From IMG/VR virus record IMGVR_UViG_3300020152_000027, positions 1 through 55,773 of that record: a stretch of DNA of 55,773 nucleotides; one strand, 5' to 3'. How positions within the stretch are numbered: the first letter of the stretch is position 1; each line of letters begins with the position of its first letter. The notes under the pieces were generated by a model. That model worked only from the letters and a program-made list of their open reading frames with translations. It had not been told where the DNA came from and made no database searches. Below are positions 26,946-37,032 of the stretch, piece by piece. The DNA comes from a virus. Lineage: Duplodnaviria; Caudoviricetes. The translations under genes and the position numbers were made by a program.

Positions 26946-27218
26946 ATGAAGGCTATGACGGATACGAAGAAGAGTGCCGGGAGCACCCGGAGCAGCAAGT
27001 CTGACGATCTCGGCGCGGACGAGGTGCAGGCGACGGTGGATGCCGAAAACGAGCAGGGGTTCAGGGGCACGAAGGTTGACCCGACGCCGAACGCTAACTA
27101 TTCGATGCAAACCCCGTCGGACGCGCCCACGCCGGAGACGGATGCGAAAGCCGCCGCCAAAGCGCGCGAGGCGACGAACATCGGCGGAACGAAGTTCGAG
27201 GCCGGAGGTGAGAAATGA
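26946..27218 (+). CDS. Small head-associated protein
   Basis: AAGGAG RBS; QGFRGTKVDPTPNANYS; position after MCP. Confidence 0.55.
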   Translation: MKAMTDTKKSAGSTRSSKSDDLGADEVQATVDAENEQGFRGTKVDPTPNANYSMQTPSDAPTPETDAKAAAKAREATNIGGTKFEAGGEK

Positions 27219-27634
27219 GCGGAGAAGCCGTAGGACTGACAATGACTCTGGCGACGCCGATTGACGCCGCCGCTGCCAGTGCGGACAGTAGCGGGGCTTA
27301 TATCGTCGCCCCCTTCGACGGTGTAGTCACCGCCGCCGCCATCTTGGCCGCTGCCGCTCTGACCGGGGCGAACACGGAGAGCCGCACCTTCCAACTCCAC
27401 AACCGGGGGCAAGACGGGTCGGGCACGACGCTTATGGCAAGCAAAGCTATGACATCCGGGGTCAACGCCGCGGCGGACGACTCGACCTCTCTCACGCTGT
27501 CGGCCACTGCCGCCGATCTGGTAGTGGAAGAGGGCGACGTGTTGGAGTTCACCAGTCTGCACGTCGGGGCGACCGGCCTTGCCGCGCCGAAGGCTTTGGG
27601 GCGCGTTACGTTCAGCCGCACGGCGGGGGCTTAA
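27215..27634 (+). CDS. Putative capsid decoration protein
   Basis: Ala/Thr-rich beta protein (APFDGVVT..VEEGDVLEF). Confidence 0.5.
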   Translation: MSGEAVGLTMTLATPIDAAAASADSSGAYIVAPFDGVVTAAAILAAAALTGANTESRTFQLHNRGQDGSGTTLMASKAMTSGVNAAADDSTSLTLSATAADLVVEEGDVLEFTSLHVGATGLAAPKALGRVTFSRTAGA

Positions 27635-27637
27635 ATT

Positions 27638-27994
27638 GTGTTCGTCGGAACCGAAGAAGAGGCGCGGGCGGAATTGGAGACGATGGTATCGGCTTCGAGC
27701 GACCCCGCGCTCAGTTCCGACGAGGTTACGAGCCTGCTTCTCAAGTCAAAGCGCGCTGACCGCTTCGGCGTTCGTCCGGGTGATGACGGGTGGGAAGAGA
27801 CGTGGGACTTGGACTCCGCCGCTGCAAAGGGGTGGGAACGGAAAGCAGGGAAGGCTGCTAGTAGGGTGGATTTTTCTGCCGATGGCGCAAACATTCGAGG
27901 CTCGCAGACCTACGAAGCCTGCATGAAAATAGCGGCCACTTACGCAGCCAAAATAGTTACGTCTGCTCCAACACGGTTGCGAGCCAGATACTAG
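27638..27994 (+). CDS. Head-tail adaptor
   Basis: Position; WDLDSAAAKGWERKAGKAA..DFSADG. Confidence 0.65.
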   Translation: MFVGTEEEARAELETMVSASSDPALSSDEVTSLLLKSKRADRFGVRPGDDGWEETWDLDSAAAKGWERKAGKAASRVDFSADGANIRGSQTYEACMKIAATYAAKIVTSAPTRLRARY

Positions 27995-27998
27995 GCAT

Positions 27999-28382
27999 AT
28001 GAGCGTTAGCGAAGCGCAGATAGCGGAGATGCGGACAGCCTACGATCTGACGCTCCGCGATCTTGCAACAGTCAAAAAGCCCTCCAATACGGAGACGCGG
28101 GACGCTTACGGAGAGCTAACAACGGCTGACGAGACGGTAGTGTCAGGTGTTAAGTGTGGTTACCGCATTTTGAACGGCATGGAGCGGATCGTAGCAGGCG
28201 GGCAGGCTGCGGCGGGGGATGTTGAAATCAGGTTCGAGTCGTCTGTCGCGGGAGTCGTCAAGCCTGAAATGACTGTTGTGATAGAAGCGCGCGATCCATT
28301 GCCGGAAAGAACTTTCAAGGTAACTAGAGCACTGGAAACTTCGTTGACAGTAGGGGCAAGGGTCATAGCGGTAGAAGCCTAG
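27999..28382 (+). CDS. Head closure/stopper protein
   Basis: Position; RDAYG motif. Confidence 0.6.
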   Translation: MSVSEAQIAEMRTAYDLTLRDLATVKKPSNTETRDAYGELTTADETVVSGVKCGYRILNGMERIVAGGQAAAGDVEIRFESSVAGVVKPEMTVVIEARDPLPERTFKVTRALETSLTVGARVIAVEA

Positions 28383-28401
28383 CGATTCAAGGAGCTAATC
28401 A

Positions 28402-28707
28402 ATGGCGGACGTAAAAGAAAACACTGAGATTGTCTTAGGCGAGTTCAAAGCCCGCGATAACAGCGACCGCGAGGGCGTTGAGATTCGCCTTAGCGATGAA
28501 AAGCACAACAGCAACGGCGTGTTTCGCCTGAAGTCGCTACGGGGAGAGTTCGAGCGGGGAACGGTCTATGAGGTCGTGGCGCGCGTGAAAGAGGCTGCGC
28601 CGGAGACGCCTACCATCACGGCTGAACTGCCCGCCGAAGATCGCCAAGCCTTGCCCCGATCTGCGGAGATCGTAGGCCAATCGAGCAACGTGAAAGTAAA
28701 GAAATAA
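28402..28707 (+). CDS. Hypothetical protein
   Basis: AAGGAG RBS. Confidence 0.55.
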   Translation: MADVKENTEIVLGEFKARDNSDREGVEIRLSDEKHNSNGVFRLKSLRGEFERGTVYEVVARVKEAAPETPTITAELPAEDRQALPRSAEIVGQSSNVKVKK

Positions 28708-29043
28708 GTGGAAGTCGGCCTTAGAGTTAAGAGGATGCAAAACCGACGCCGCGAACTCTCCAGACAGGGGCGGCAGGCGGCGGCGACGTGGAACGCTAAG
28801 AACGCGGAAGAGGTTGCAAAGGACTACCGGGCAAACGTCCATGTGATCACCGGGGCGACGCGAGACAGTATCGCGGTTGAAATCGACAGGGCGACGGGCA
28901 GCGCGGCTGTAGTGGCGGGAGAGGGGGCGATATTTGAAGAGTTCGGCACGGTGAATCGCCCCGCACATCCGGCTTTAATCCCGGCCATTGAGCGGCAGAA
29001 GAAGAAGATGCGCAACCGCCGCGTCAACATCTTTAAGGGTTAA
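28708..29043 (+). CDS. HK97 gp10-like tail completion protein
   Basis: TGATRDSI..EFGT..PAHPALIPA. Confidence 0.8.
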   Translation: MEVGLRVKRMQNRRRELSRQGRQAAATWNAKNAEEVAKDYRANVHVITGATRDSIAVEIDRATGSAAVVAGEGAIFEEFGTVNRPAHPALIPAIERQKKKMRNRRVNIFKG

Positions 29044-29048
29044 TCAAT

Positions 29049-29507
29049 GTGTTCGAGTCAATCTACTGTGACGCCTTTTTGGAGTTCGTGCTCAACGGCG
29101 ACGCGACCCTTATTGCCTCTGACGCCCTCAATGGTGAATACGTCTACAACTCCGTCGCTCCTGCTAATAAGCCTTTCCCACGGATCATCTATAACGTGCA
29201 GGCGGGAGGGGATGTAAATACTTTAAACGCCACCCGGCTTTTCGCCCGCCCGCTCTATCAGGTTCGTTTAGTGGCGAAGGTAAAAAACGGGGCGTTAGAA
29301 GATGCCGCAAGAGTTCGGAAAGCGGCTAACCGCATGGACGAGTTGTTGAGATCGATCAGGCGGCAGAGCTTCACGGTTGAAGGCGTAGAGATGAATTTCA
29401 ACGTGTGGCGGGAAGACGAGATACCCGTGAGGACGGAACCGGGGGAGACGGCGGATGTCAGTTACAGGAATTATGGCGGACTGTACCGCGTCGAAGCGTT
29501 CATGTAA
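29049..29507 (+). CDS. Tail terminator protein
   Basis: VYNSVAP..PFPRIIY; position before tail tube. Confidence 0.65.
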   Translation: MFESIYCDAFLEFVLNGDATLIASDALNGEYVYNSVAPANKPFPRIIYNVQAGGDVNTLNATRLFARPLYQVRLVAKVKNGALEDAARVRKAANRMDELLRSIRRQSFTVEGVEMNFNVWREDEIPVRTEPGETADVSYRNYGGLYRVEAFM

Positions 29508-29520
29508 GGAGCTAAGTTAA

Positions 29521-30507
29521 ATGGCGACCAATCCATCAGTCGGAGTAGTCAACCAATACGGCGCAGAGACGACGCGGGGCACGGGTGTAACTGCGGCTAA
29601 GAAGTGGGCGGCTGCTTCGATGACGTTCTCCCCACAGACGCAGAGCGACTTCTTCCGCCGCGCCGGTTCGCTGTTCCCGACATCCGCCGTCGGGCATCGT
29701 TCATGGTCTGCCGGTGCTCTCGACGGTCGCGCAAGCTATAACGAACTCCACACGTTCCTCGCTATGTATCGCGGGCATGAAACGGTGACTAACCCCGAGG
29801 CCGGGGCGTACCTCTGGCCTACGATCTTCGGGGCGTCCGCCAACGACGGGTTTAAAACCATCACCGGACAGCGCGGTAGCTCTCAGGCAGCATGGGAAGT
29901 CAACTACCTTGCACTTGCCTCCCTGTCCATGAGTTTTGGTCTGGACTCCATCACCATCGGAGGGGATGTTGTAGGGCGTTCGATAGATAACTCCGCCACG
30001 CTCGACACGGTGACGACGGAGATCGCCCCCGCTCAAATATCTATTGCCGATCTAAAGTGGTTCATTGACACAACTTCGGGCGGGCTTGGCACGACGCAAT
30101 GGAATACGGTCATGGAGGCCGAGCTTTCATTGCCGACCAATAAGGCGGCGCGCTTCGTGCAAAACGGCACGGCGACCTTTGACGAGTTGGTTGAGACGGC
30201 GATGGAGGATGGTCGCCTGACAATTCGGGCGCAGAACGACACGCAGAGCCGGGCGATCATGGATGCGATGTACGTTGATTCACGACCGATTCGCTACATC
30301 CGGTTCAATGCGGACGGCGAAATTATTGTCGGGTCAACTGTTCAACGACTACGGGGCAATTTCGCCGTTGCACTTGAATCGGTGACTGAGATTGCGGACT
30401 TGCAGGGCACGACCTATGGGCTGGAGTTCAATTTCCGCATCATGTACTCGACGACGTGGGGGCGTGCGGGAGATATGTCGGTCACTAACAATCAGGCCAC
30501 TTTGTAA
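29521..30507 (+). CDS. Major tail tube protein
   Basis: QYGAETTRGTGVTA N-terminus; position; strong RBS. Confidence 0.75.
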   Translation: MATNPSVGVVNQYGAETTRGTGVTAAKKWAAASMTFSPQTQSDFFRRAGSLFPTSAVGHRSWSAGALDGRASYNELHTFLAMYRGHETVTNPEAGAYLWPTIFGASANDGFKTITGQRGSSQAAWEVNYLALASLSMSFGLDSITIGGDVVGRSIDNSATLDTVTTEIAPAQISIADLKWFIDTTSGGLGTTQWNTVMEAELSLPTNKAARFVQNGTATFDELVETAMEDGRLTIRAQNDTQSRAIMDAMYVDSRPIRYIRFNADGEIIVGSTVQRLRGNFAVALESVTEIADLQGTTYGLEFNFRIMYSTTWGRAGDMSVTNNQATL

Positions 30508-30516
30508 AAGGAACTT

Positions 30517-30816
30517 ATGAGCGAAGAATTAGATTTTAACGACGTAGAAGAGGCGCGCACCGATCTTGAGTTCAAAGTTGTCGTGACCTTGAACGTAAAG
30601 AACGGTGATGGCCAGTTTCATGCGAAGGAACATGAAATTTACTACCGCCCGATCACTAATGAGATGTTGCAGCTAGAGACCGCCCCCGCACTGGCCGCTG
30701 CGATCACCCGCTGGCCTTTCAAGGAGAAGCCGACAGTAAAGGTTTTGTCGAAACGCCCGCAGCCATTCCTTAACAAAATCCGCGACGCGATCATGTCTGA
30801 CTACTTCCCAAAGTAG
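30517..30816 (+). CDS. Tail assembly chaperone (gpG-like)
   Basis: Between tube and tape measure; ends with slippery C CCA AAG. Confidence 0.75.
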   Translation: MSEELDFNDVEEARTDLEFKVVVTLNVKNGDGQFHAKEHEIYYRPITNEMLQLETAPALAAAITRWPFKEKPTVKVLSKRPQPFLNKIRDAIMSDYFPK

Positions 30817-31100
30817 CAGAGGCGGCTTTGCTTCAGCGTTGGTATACCGAAGGCGGTAAGGTTGGACACGCGCCGGTTGACATCCATGTATTTGAGGCGG
30901 CGTTACGATTTAAGGTCAGCCCCGATGAAGTAAGGAAGCATCCGCCGGATGTATTGCAAGTGGCCGACATAATGAATAAGAAACCTGCTGAAGTGGCGAC
31001 GTGGCACAGACGAGATCGGGCACATTTAATTGTCACGCACACAGCGCAAACGGCTGCTGCTCCAGAGCTAGAGAGACGAGCGGCACAGAGAAACAGGTGA
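30807..31100 (+). CDS. Tail chaperone -1 frameshift extension (gpGT-like)
   Basis: CCCAAAG at 30807-30813 in X XXY YYZ register; -1 frame open to 31100. Confidence 0.7.
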   Translation, partial: PKVAEAALLQRWYTEGGKVGHAPVDIHVFEAALRFKVSPDEVRKHPPDVLQVADIMNKKPAEVATWHRRDRAHLIVTHTAQTAAAPELERRAAQRNR

Positions 31101-31103
31101 GAC

Positions 31104-33830
31104 GTGGCGCGACGCGTTGTAGAGACATTAGAGACGCAATTCACGTCAGACCTGCGGGGGCTGGACAGGGGCTTCCGCGATGCCGAGCAGAAGACTAATC
31201 AGTTCTACGGAAAGATGCGCGATGCGAGGGGGCGATTTGTTTCAGGTGCAGGGGCAATATCGTCAAACTCACTCCTTCCCGGCCTCGCAAATATCTCAAA
31301 CATAATTCAAGGGCTTCCGCAGATCGGCAACCTTGCCAGTGCCCTTATCTCTCCGCTGAAGGACGCCGCCGAGGAAGGCGTGCGCTTCAACATGCTTGTC
31401 GAGTCCGCACAAGTCGGATTCCGAGGCGTGACGGGGGGTGCAAAGGAATCTGTTAAATACGTCAAAGAGTTAACGGACTTCGCCGCCGCTAATCCCATCT
31501 TCAATACTCAAGGCACGATCCGCGCTGCGCGCATGATGTCCACCTTCGGCTTTGAAACCCGGCAGACCACCGGCTACCTCAAGGAGTGGGGCAGTGCGTT
31601 AGCCGCAGGCGGGCAGATGAACGATGAAGCCCTGCAAGGCGTCGTTAGAGCCTTCGGGCAGATGCGTAGTTTGGGGCGCGTTAATGCCGAAGAAATGAAT
31701 CAACTCGCAGAACGCGGGATACCTTCCTGGGAACTCTTGGCGAAGGCAATCGGCAAAACGGTTGCCGAAACTCGCAAGCTAGGCGAGCGCGGGCAGTTGA
31801 AGGGCGGCGCAGCGGTTGACGCCATCACGGCGATGCTCAAGGTTGATCCACGCTTCGCGGGGCAGGCCGACGCTTTTGCGGGAACGCTGGAGGGGCGTTT
31901 AGCGCAGTTACAAGACTTGCAGGAAGTGGCGCAGGGCAGAGCTACGGAAGGGCTAACCGGAAGCCTTAACCGCACGCTCGAAGCGGGCATGAAGGGGAGC
32001 GTACCCGACATTGTTAATTGGATGGCTGGCAATATCAACTCAGCCATTACTCCCGTTGCCGGAATTATCGAAGCGAGCGCGAAAGGATTATTAGGGGGCG
32101 GACTGACGAGCGGGCTGTCTCAGGGTATAGCGGCGGGGCGAGGGATGGTCGAGACGGCCATCACAGACTTAGCCAATGATAGCGTGATCGGCCTGTTTGG
32201 CAATCTTATTAAGTCTCACTCCCCCTCTCAGGTATTTCACAACTACGGACTCGACATAACGCAAGGTCTTTCTAATGGTTTTCAGGATGGAGCACGCCGC
32301 GCTACGCCATCAATGGTCGCAGATGCCGAAAGAATCATCGAAGCCTTAAGGCGTGCGATCATCGGGCAAGAGTCGGGCGGCGATAGCAGTGCGGTCAATC
32401 CTTTCAGCGGAGCAACCGGCATGGGTCAGGTGATGCCCGCTAACATCCCGGCATGGACGCGAGAAGCACTAGGCACGTCTATGAGCGTTGAAGCGTTCCG
32501 TAAAGACCCGGCAGCGCAAAATCAGACCATCACTTTCAAACTTCGGCAATACTTTAACGAAGAACTAGAGAAAGCAGGCGGAGATGCGGAATTAGCCATG
32601 CGCCGTGTTGCCTCCAGATGGTATTCGGGTCAAGGGGCTTGGCATACATCCACCCGCCCACAGAAAAATAACCACCCGTCCATTTCTGCTTACAGCACAA
32701 GCGTTGTTAATCGTGCGCGAAGTTTCATGTCGGACGACGGTGCATCGGCAGGTTTTGGCCTCGGTGCTAGTGCGGGCGACGCGCGGGGTCGAGTAGGTAT
32801 CGGGCTGGACGCGGGCGCGGCCTTCGGTGCTGGCGTTAGCGTGAACGCAGGGCGCGGCATACCCGTACAGGTCACGAATTGGGAACAGGCAAACGGGCTG
32901 CGCAACCGGGACAGGCGAGAGCACGGAAGTTTTGAGCCGTGGGTTGAAGTGCCGAAAAAAGAATCATGGTATGGGGAAATGTTTCTCGGCTACGACACGG
33001 ATTGGAGCGGGGGAGCGCAACAGGGGGCATTGTCTCGCGAGCAGATAGTTGCGGGACTTAGAGAAGCGTCCGCAAATCGCCTTGTCGAAACCACAGGACG
33101 CATCAATACGCATCTCTCCCGGCAGGTCACAACGCTTGCACAGACCGCCGATGGTTTTAAGAGTGCGGAAGCGGCAGCAGGGTCTTTCTATGATTCCGTT
33201 GTTGGTAAAGATGAAACCACGCGTTTTTTAGGCGCGAGAGTACAGGACATGGCTACGGGCTTTGAAAACGCTTTTGCGACTACGTTTTCAAATTGGGAGG
33301 GAGGCTTCAAGGGCGTCGCCTCTCGTATGGTTGTAACTTGGGCACAATCAGTCGCAGACATGGTGCTGCAAGCGCAAGCGGCGCGACTGACAACCGCCCT
33401 TTTTGGTGGATTCGATGAAGGGGGCAAGTCAACCGGCGGCGGCTTGCTTGGAGGCTTCCTTAAGATACTAGGAATAGGTGCAGGGGCGGCATCGGGTGGC
33501 GGTAGCAGTAGCTTCGGCGGTTACTCTTCCGGCTTCTACGCCGACGGAGGAAGTTACCCCGCTAATCGCCCGCGCATAGTTGGCGAAAAAGGCATTGAGT
33601 TGGACATTCCCCATTACCCCGGAGCGGTCGTTTCTAATCGTGATATTAGAGCCGCGTTAAGTGGCGGCGGGCAAAGCAACGCCCGACCGGAAAAGAGCGT
33701 TGTGATCCACTACGCGCCCGTCTTTCACGCGAACCCGCAAACCGGGAAGTATGATCGACAGTCGGCCACACAGTCGGCGCGCATGATGCTGGGCATGATA
33801 CAAAAAGAGATGGATAGGGGCGGTGCATAA
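31104..33830 (+). CDS. Tape measure protein with lytic transglycosylase domain
   Basis: AEEMNQLAERGIP tape-measure motif; QESGG..A..GATGMGQVMP SLT motif; FYADGG..VGEKGIEL. Confidence 0.9.
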   Translation: MARRVVETLETQFTSDLRGLDRGFRDAEQKTNQFYGKMRDARGRFVSGAGAISSNSLLPGLANISNIIQGLPQIGNLASALISPLKDAAEEGVRFNMLVESAQVGFRGVTGGAKESVKYVKELTDFAAANPIFNTQGTIRAARMMSTFGFETRQTTGYLKEWGSALAAGGQMNDEALQGVVRAFGQMRSLGRVNAEEMNQLAERGIPSWELLAKAIGKTVAETRKLGERGQLKGGAAVDAITAMLKVDPRFAGQADAFAGTLEGRLAQLQDLQEVAQGRATEGLTGSLNRTLEAGMKGSVPDIVNWMAGNINSAITPVAGIIEASAKGLLGGGLTSGLSQGIAAGRGMVETAITDLANDSVIGLFGNLIKSHSPSQVFHNYGLDITQGLSNGFQDGARRATPSMVADAERIIEALRRAIIGQESGGDSSAVNPFSGATGMGQVMPANIPAWTREALGTSMSVEAFRKDPAAQNQTITFKLRQYFNEELEKAGGDAELAMRRVASRWYSGQGAWHTSTRPQKNNHPSISAYSTSVVNRARSFMSDDGASAGFGLGASAGDARGRVGIGLDAGAAFGAGVSVNAGRGIPVQVTNWEQANGLRNRDRREHGSFEPWVEVPKKESWYGEMFLGYDTDWSGGAQQGALSREQIVAGLREASANRLVETTGRINTHLSRQVTTLAQTADGFKSAEAAAGSFYDSVVGKDETTRFLGARVQDMATGFENAFATTFSNWEGGFKGVASRMVVTWAQSVADMVLQAQAARLTTALFGGFDEGGKSTGGGLLGGFLKILGIGAGAASGGGSSSFGGYSSGFYADGGSYPANRPRIVGEKGIELDIPHYPGAVVSNRDIRAALSGGGQSNARPEKSVVIHYAPVFHANPQTGKYDRQSATQSARMMLGMIQKEMDRGGA

Positions 33831-34486
33831 TGGGCATTACATTCCACGAAATAGTGCTGCCACAAGAATACTCGCCGTCACCCTCCGGCGGGCCGGAGTT
33901 CTCCCATTCAGTGTTTCCTATTCCAAGATCGGGTGTCGAGGACATCAACGCCAACCGCGCCTCGGCACTTCATCGCTACACGATCCCCTTCACGATGATG
34001 ACCCCGGACAAGCAGGCGTGGCTCTACTCCTTTTTCTTGGCTGTAGGCGGGATCGGCGGCGCGTTTCGGATGCTCGCACCCGAACCTTTCAACCGATCTT
34101 TCAACAACGAACTGCTGGCAACGACGGACGGGACGGAGACTGATTTCAACTTGATCAAGACGCACTCCGTAACGGCAGCTACTTTCTATGGCGGCGCGAC
34201 GACGAGCTATGTGCAGCGCATCGTTAAGCCGGTATACAACGAAGTGGAGCTATATCTCGACGGGGCAGCGGTAGACCTTTCAGCGGACGGGGCGATGGAT
34301 TGGACAACAGGTAGATTTGCCTTTAACGATCCTCCCGACGAAGGGCTGGAATTGAGAGCGACCGGACGCTATCACTTGCCGGTCAGGTTTACGGATGACT
34401 GGTTCAGCGCAAGCTATGACGTGACGAGCGAAAGCCCGAACATCGGACTACAGGAGGTTTTACCGAAGACAATCGGCATAGACTAA
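33830..34486 (+). CDS. Distal tail protein, DUF2460 (GTA-like)
   Basis: FHEIVLP..GGPEF..SGVE..RIVKPV..PVRF. Confidence 0.85.
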   Translation: MGITFHEIVLPQEYSPSPSGGPEFSHSVFPIPRSGVEDINANRASALHRYTIPFTMMTPDKQAWLYSFFLAVGGIGGAFRMLAPEPFNRSFNNELLATTDGTETDFNLIKTHSVTAATFYGGATTSYVQRIVKPVYNEVELYLDGAAVDLSADGAMDWTTGRFAFNDPPDEGLELRATGRYHLPVRFTDDWFSASYDVTSESPNIGLQEVLPKTIGID

Positions 34487-34488
34487 TC

Positions 34489-35298
34489 GTGATGGATCAC
34501 CTGATTACATTATGGAAGATCACCGCCCGCTCAGGGTTAGTCGTGCGCGTCTGTAATTATGAAAGTGACCTGACCTTTGAAGGCGAAGTTTATACGGCTG
34601 TCTCGCTTGACCCGACCGAGGTACAGCAGGCGTCCGGCCTCTCACCCGACAATGCGGAGATCACGATCCCACTGGCCGCGCCTTTCACGTCAACAAATCT
34701 CTTGGGCGGCTTCTGGCGCGGGGCGAAGGTAGTCATGCAGGTCGTGGACTTTACCGCGCTGGACGATCCGGCGGTAAGTAAACACGTCGGCTATCTGGGA
34801 GAGATCGGCGTGAACGATTTCGCGGCGACGCCGGAATATCGCAGCCAATCTCAACTTCTAAATCAGGTAATCGGGGATCAATATTCCGAGACGTGCAGGG
34901 TGAAGCGGTTTGGCGATTCGTTGTGTAAAGCCCCGCTCGAACCTTACACACACGCCGCAACGGTCACGGCGGTAACGGACGAGCAGCGGTTTACTGTTTC
35001 AGGTACGTACACGAACAACATTCTGCATAAGGGATGGATCGTGTTCGACTCCGGCGAGAATGAGGGGCTGGAAGAAGAGATTTGGGCTAACGACGATGGC
35101 GATCTGACTCTCTTTAAACCGATGATCGGTGCGGTGGAGGTCGGTGACGCAGTAACGATAGTAGAAGGGTGCGACCGCAGTAAGGAGCGGTGCATGCAGA
35201 TCGTCAATCTCGCCAATCCATCGGGAACGAACATCGAAAACATGAGAGCGGAGCCTTACTTGCCGGGGCGCACTAAAGTATTCACATTCCCAAGCTGA
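34489..35298 (+). CDS. Baseplate hub, DUF2163/BR0599 (GTA-like)
   Basis: CRVKRFGDSLC..GCDRSKERC..NMRAEPYLPG cysteine pattern. Confidence 0.85.
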   Translation: MMDHLITLWKITARSGLVVRVCNYESDLTFEGEVYTAVSLDPTEVQQASGLSPDNAEITIPLAAPFTSTNLLGGFWRGAKVVMQVVDFTALDDPAVSKHVGYLGEIGVNDFAATPEYRSQSQLLNQVIGDQYSETCRVKRFGDSLCKAPLEPYTHAATVTAVTDEQRFTVSGTYTNNILHKGWIVFDSGENEGLEEEIWANDDGDLTLFKPMIGAVEVGDAVTIVEGCDRSKERCMQIVNLANPSGTNIENMRAEPYLPGRTKVFTFPS

Positions 35299-35744
35299 TG
35301 ATTACACGACAACAAATCATTGACACGGCGCGCTCTTATATCGGCGTGCCATACGCGCAGCAGGGCAGATCGAGAGAGATCGGGCTTGATTGCGTCGGCC
35401 TCCTAATCAAGATCGCGCACGACACCGGATACTCCGACTTTGATTTTCTCGCTTACGGCAGCAACCCCGACGGGGAGACGATGGAGAGGCTGTTAGGGGA
35501 GCAGCTTGATCGGCTGGAATTTATTGATCAGGCTCAAGAGGGTGACGTTATCTCGATGGACTTCGGAGGCGGCGAGCAGCACGTCGGGGTGTTGAGCAAG
35601 ATGAGTCCGAAGGGAATTAAGTACAGTTACATGATCCACGCCTTACGCGATCACGGAGTCGTAGAGGGGCGTCCGTTTGGAAAGTATTTGCGTAGCATTA
35701 GAGGCGCGTATCGGTTGAAAGGCATCGTTGATGTGCAAGGTTAG
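35298..35744 (+). CDS. NlpC/P60 tail-associated peptidase
   Basis: ARSYIGVPYAQQGR..GLDCVGL..HVG..IHA. Confidence 0.9.
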   Translation: MITRQQIIDTARSYIGVPYAQQGRSREIGLDCVGLLIKIAHDTGYSDFDFLAYGSNPDGETMERLLGEQLDRLEFIDQAQEGDVISMDFGGGEQHVGVLSKMSPKGIKYSYMIHALRDHGVVEGRPFGKYLRSIRGAYRLKGIVDVQG

Positions 35745-36258
35745 ATGTACAGAACATAATGCGGTGGTGGCCGAGAAGGTTGAACCATGCCCGGAGTATC
35801 CGCATGGAGCTATTCGCCTGCTTGATAAGCACCACGGCAAAAGATGTGAAACGGTGATCCCGCTTTCGGGTGCTGCCCAGTCGTTAGTAAAAAAGGTGCT
35901 CAAGGTTGAACATGGCGCACAGCCTCAGGCGACGATTTAATGCAACTTCCGCCCCACCTAATTTCCGCCCGATGCCGCTACTTAGTCCCGCCTCAACGCT
36001 GCCTTGAATGAGGGGCGTGAGTTCTAGGACTTGCGCCCGCCTCATAGCGGGAAACTGGAGAGGATCGAAAGCGCAATAATTTGTGGACATAGCCGATCTT
36101 TTGCGCTTCATGTTGTGGTAAAATAGCAGTGTTATTTGTTCGGTGGTTGGGGTGTATAGGGCATCGCAACTGCCCTTAAAACTCAATCACCGAAAAGCCA
36201 ACCCGCTCCGCTCTTGCCCTATACTTGAACGGCCAGCGGGTTTCGCTTTTTCGCTTAG

Positions 36259-36498
36259 ATGGATGATGCTATGAAACTAAAGATAATCAGTGACGGCACG
36301 CCTTATGGTACTGAGGTTCAAGATGAGAGTGGGAACGTTATCGAAAACGTGACCGAGATTGTCTGGCGCATTGGTACACAGGGTCAGGCATCGGCAACCA
36401 TGACGATTGAGCATATTGCTATAGAAGCAAGCGTAAGTGATTTTGAGGTAGTTGAGCAGAAGACTACATACAAAGAGGTATCAACCCGATTCAAGTGA
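36259..36498 (+). CDS. Hypothetical protein (moron)
   Basis: Plausible beta protein after an intergenic hairpin region. Confidence 0.5.
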   Translation: MDDAMKLKIISDGTPYGTEVQDESGNVIENVTEIVWRIGTQGQASATMTIEHIAIEASVSDFEVVEQKTTYKEVSTRFK

Positions 36499-36585
36499 AA
36501 ATAATTTCGCACGCGCGTTGATTTTATATCTAGCAATCGCGGAGACGCCCCGGCATCTCAAGGGGAAAGGTAGGAAGGACGCGAA

Positions 36586-37023
36586 ATGGACAAAGCCAGC
36601 GCAACTAAAAGCGTCTTCGGATTTACCCGGGGCGATAGCAACGCAGAAATGCCGCCTCTGTCGCCTGCCCAGTACCGGAACTTAACCAGCATACTTAGCC
36701 TGTTAGATGAGGCCGATCCCCTCTATGATCACAAGGATACGAAACAATATGCGGCCAAGTTTGCCCAAGCCAGAGAATTAAATGAGCAGAGCGGCGATCT
36801 ATTTCCGCACCGCGATCTGCGCTTGAATCTGCTGAATGCGACCGTCCACGCCTATAGAGAGGTTGGAGTCTTATTGTTATCGGCAGACCTCAAGCAATAC
36901 GACGAATCCCCTGATCCGACGATGTTGGCCGGACGCATGAGAAAACTATTCCTCAGGAAAATTATTGAAGGCAAATTGGAGGCTGCGGAGCGAGATGCGC
37001 TGGATTTCTTGCTAGGCCAATGA
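36586..37023 (+). CDS. Hypothetical helical protein (moron)
   Basis: AGGAAGG RBS. Confidence 0.55.
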   Translation: MDKASATKSVFGFTRGDSNAEMPPLSPAQYRNLTSILSLLDEADPLYDHKDTKQYAAKFAQARELNEQSGDLFPHRDLRLNLLNATVHAYREVGVLLLSADLKQYDESPDPTMLAGRMRKLFLRKIIEGKLEAAERDALDFLLGQ

Positions 37024-37032
37024 GGCTGCCTT

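Noticed and set aside
26795-27004. 69-aa ORF after the capsid gene
   Set aside because: Low-complexity Arg-rich, overlaps a better gene with a strong RBS; cannot support
25602-27242. 546-aa minus-strand ORF
   Set aside because: Antisense shadow of the GC3-rich scaffold and capsid genes; Arg-rich with no motifs
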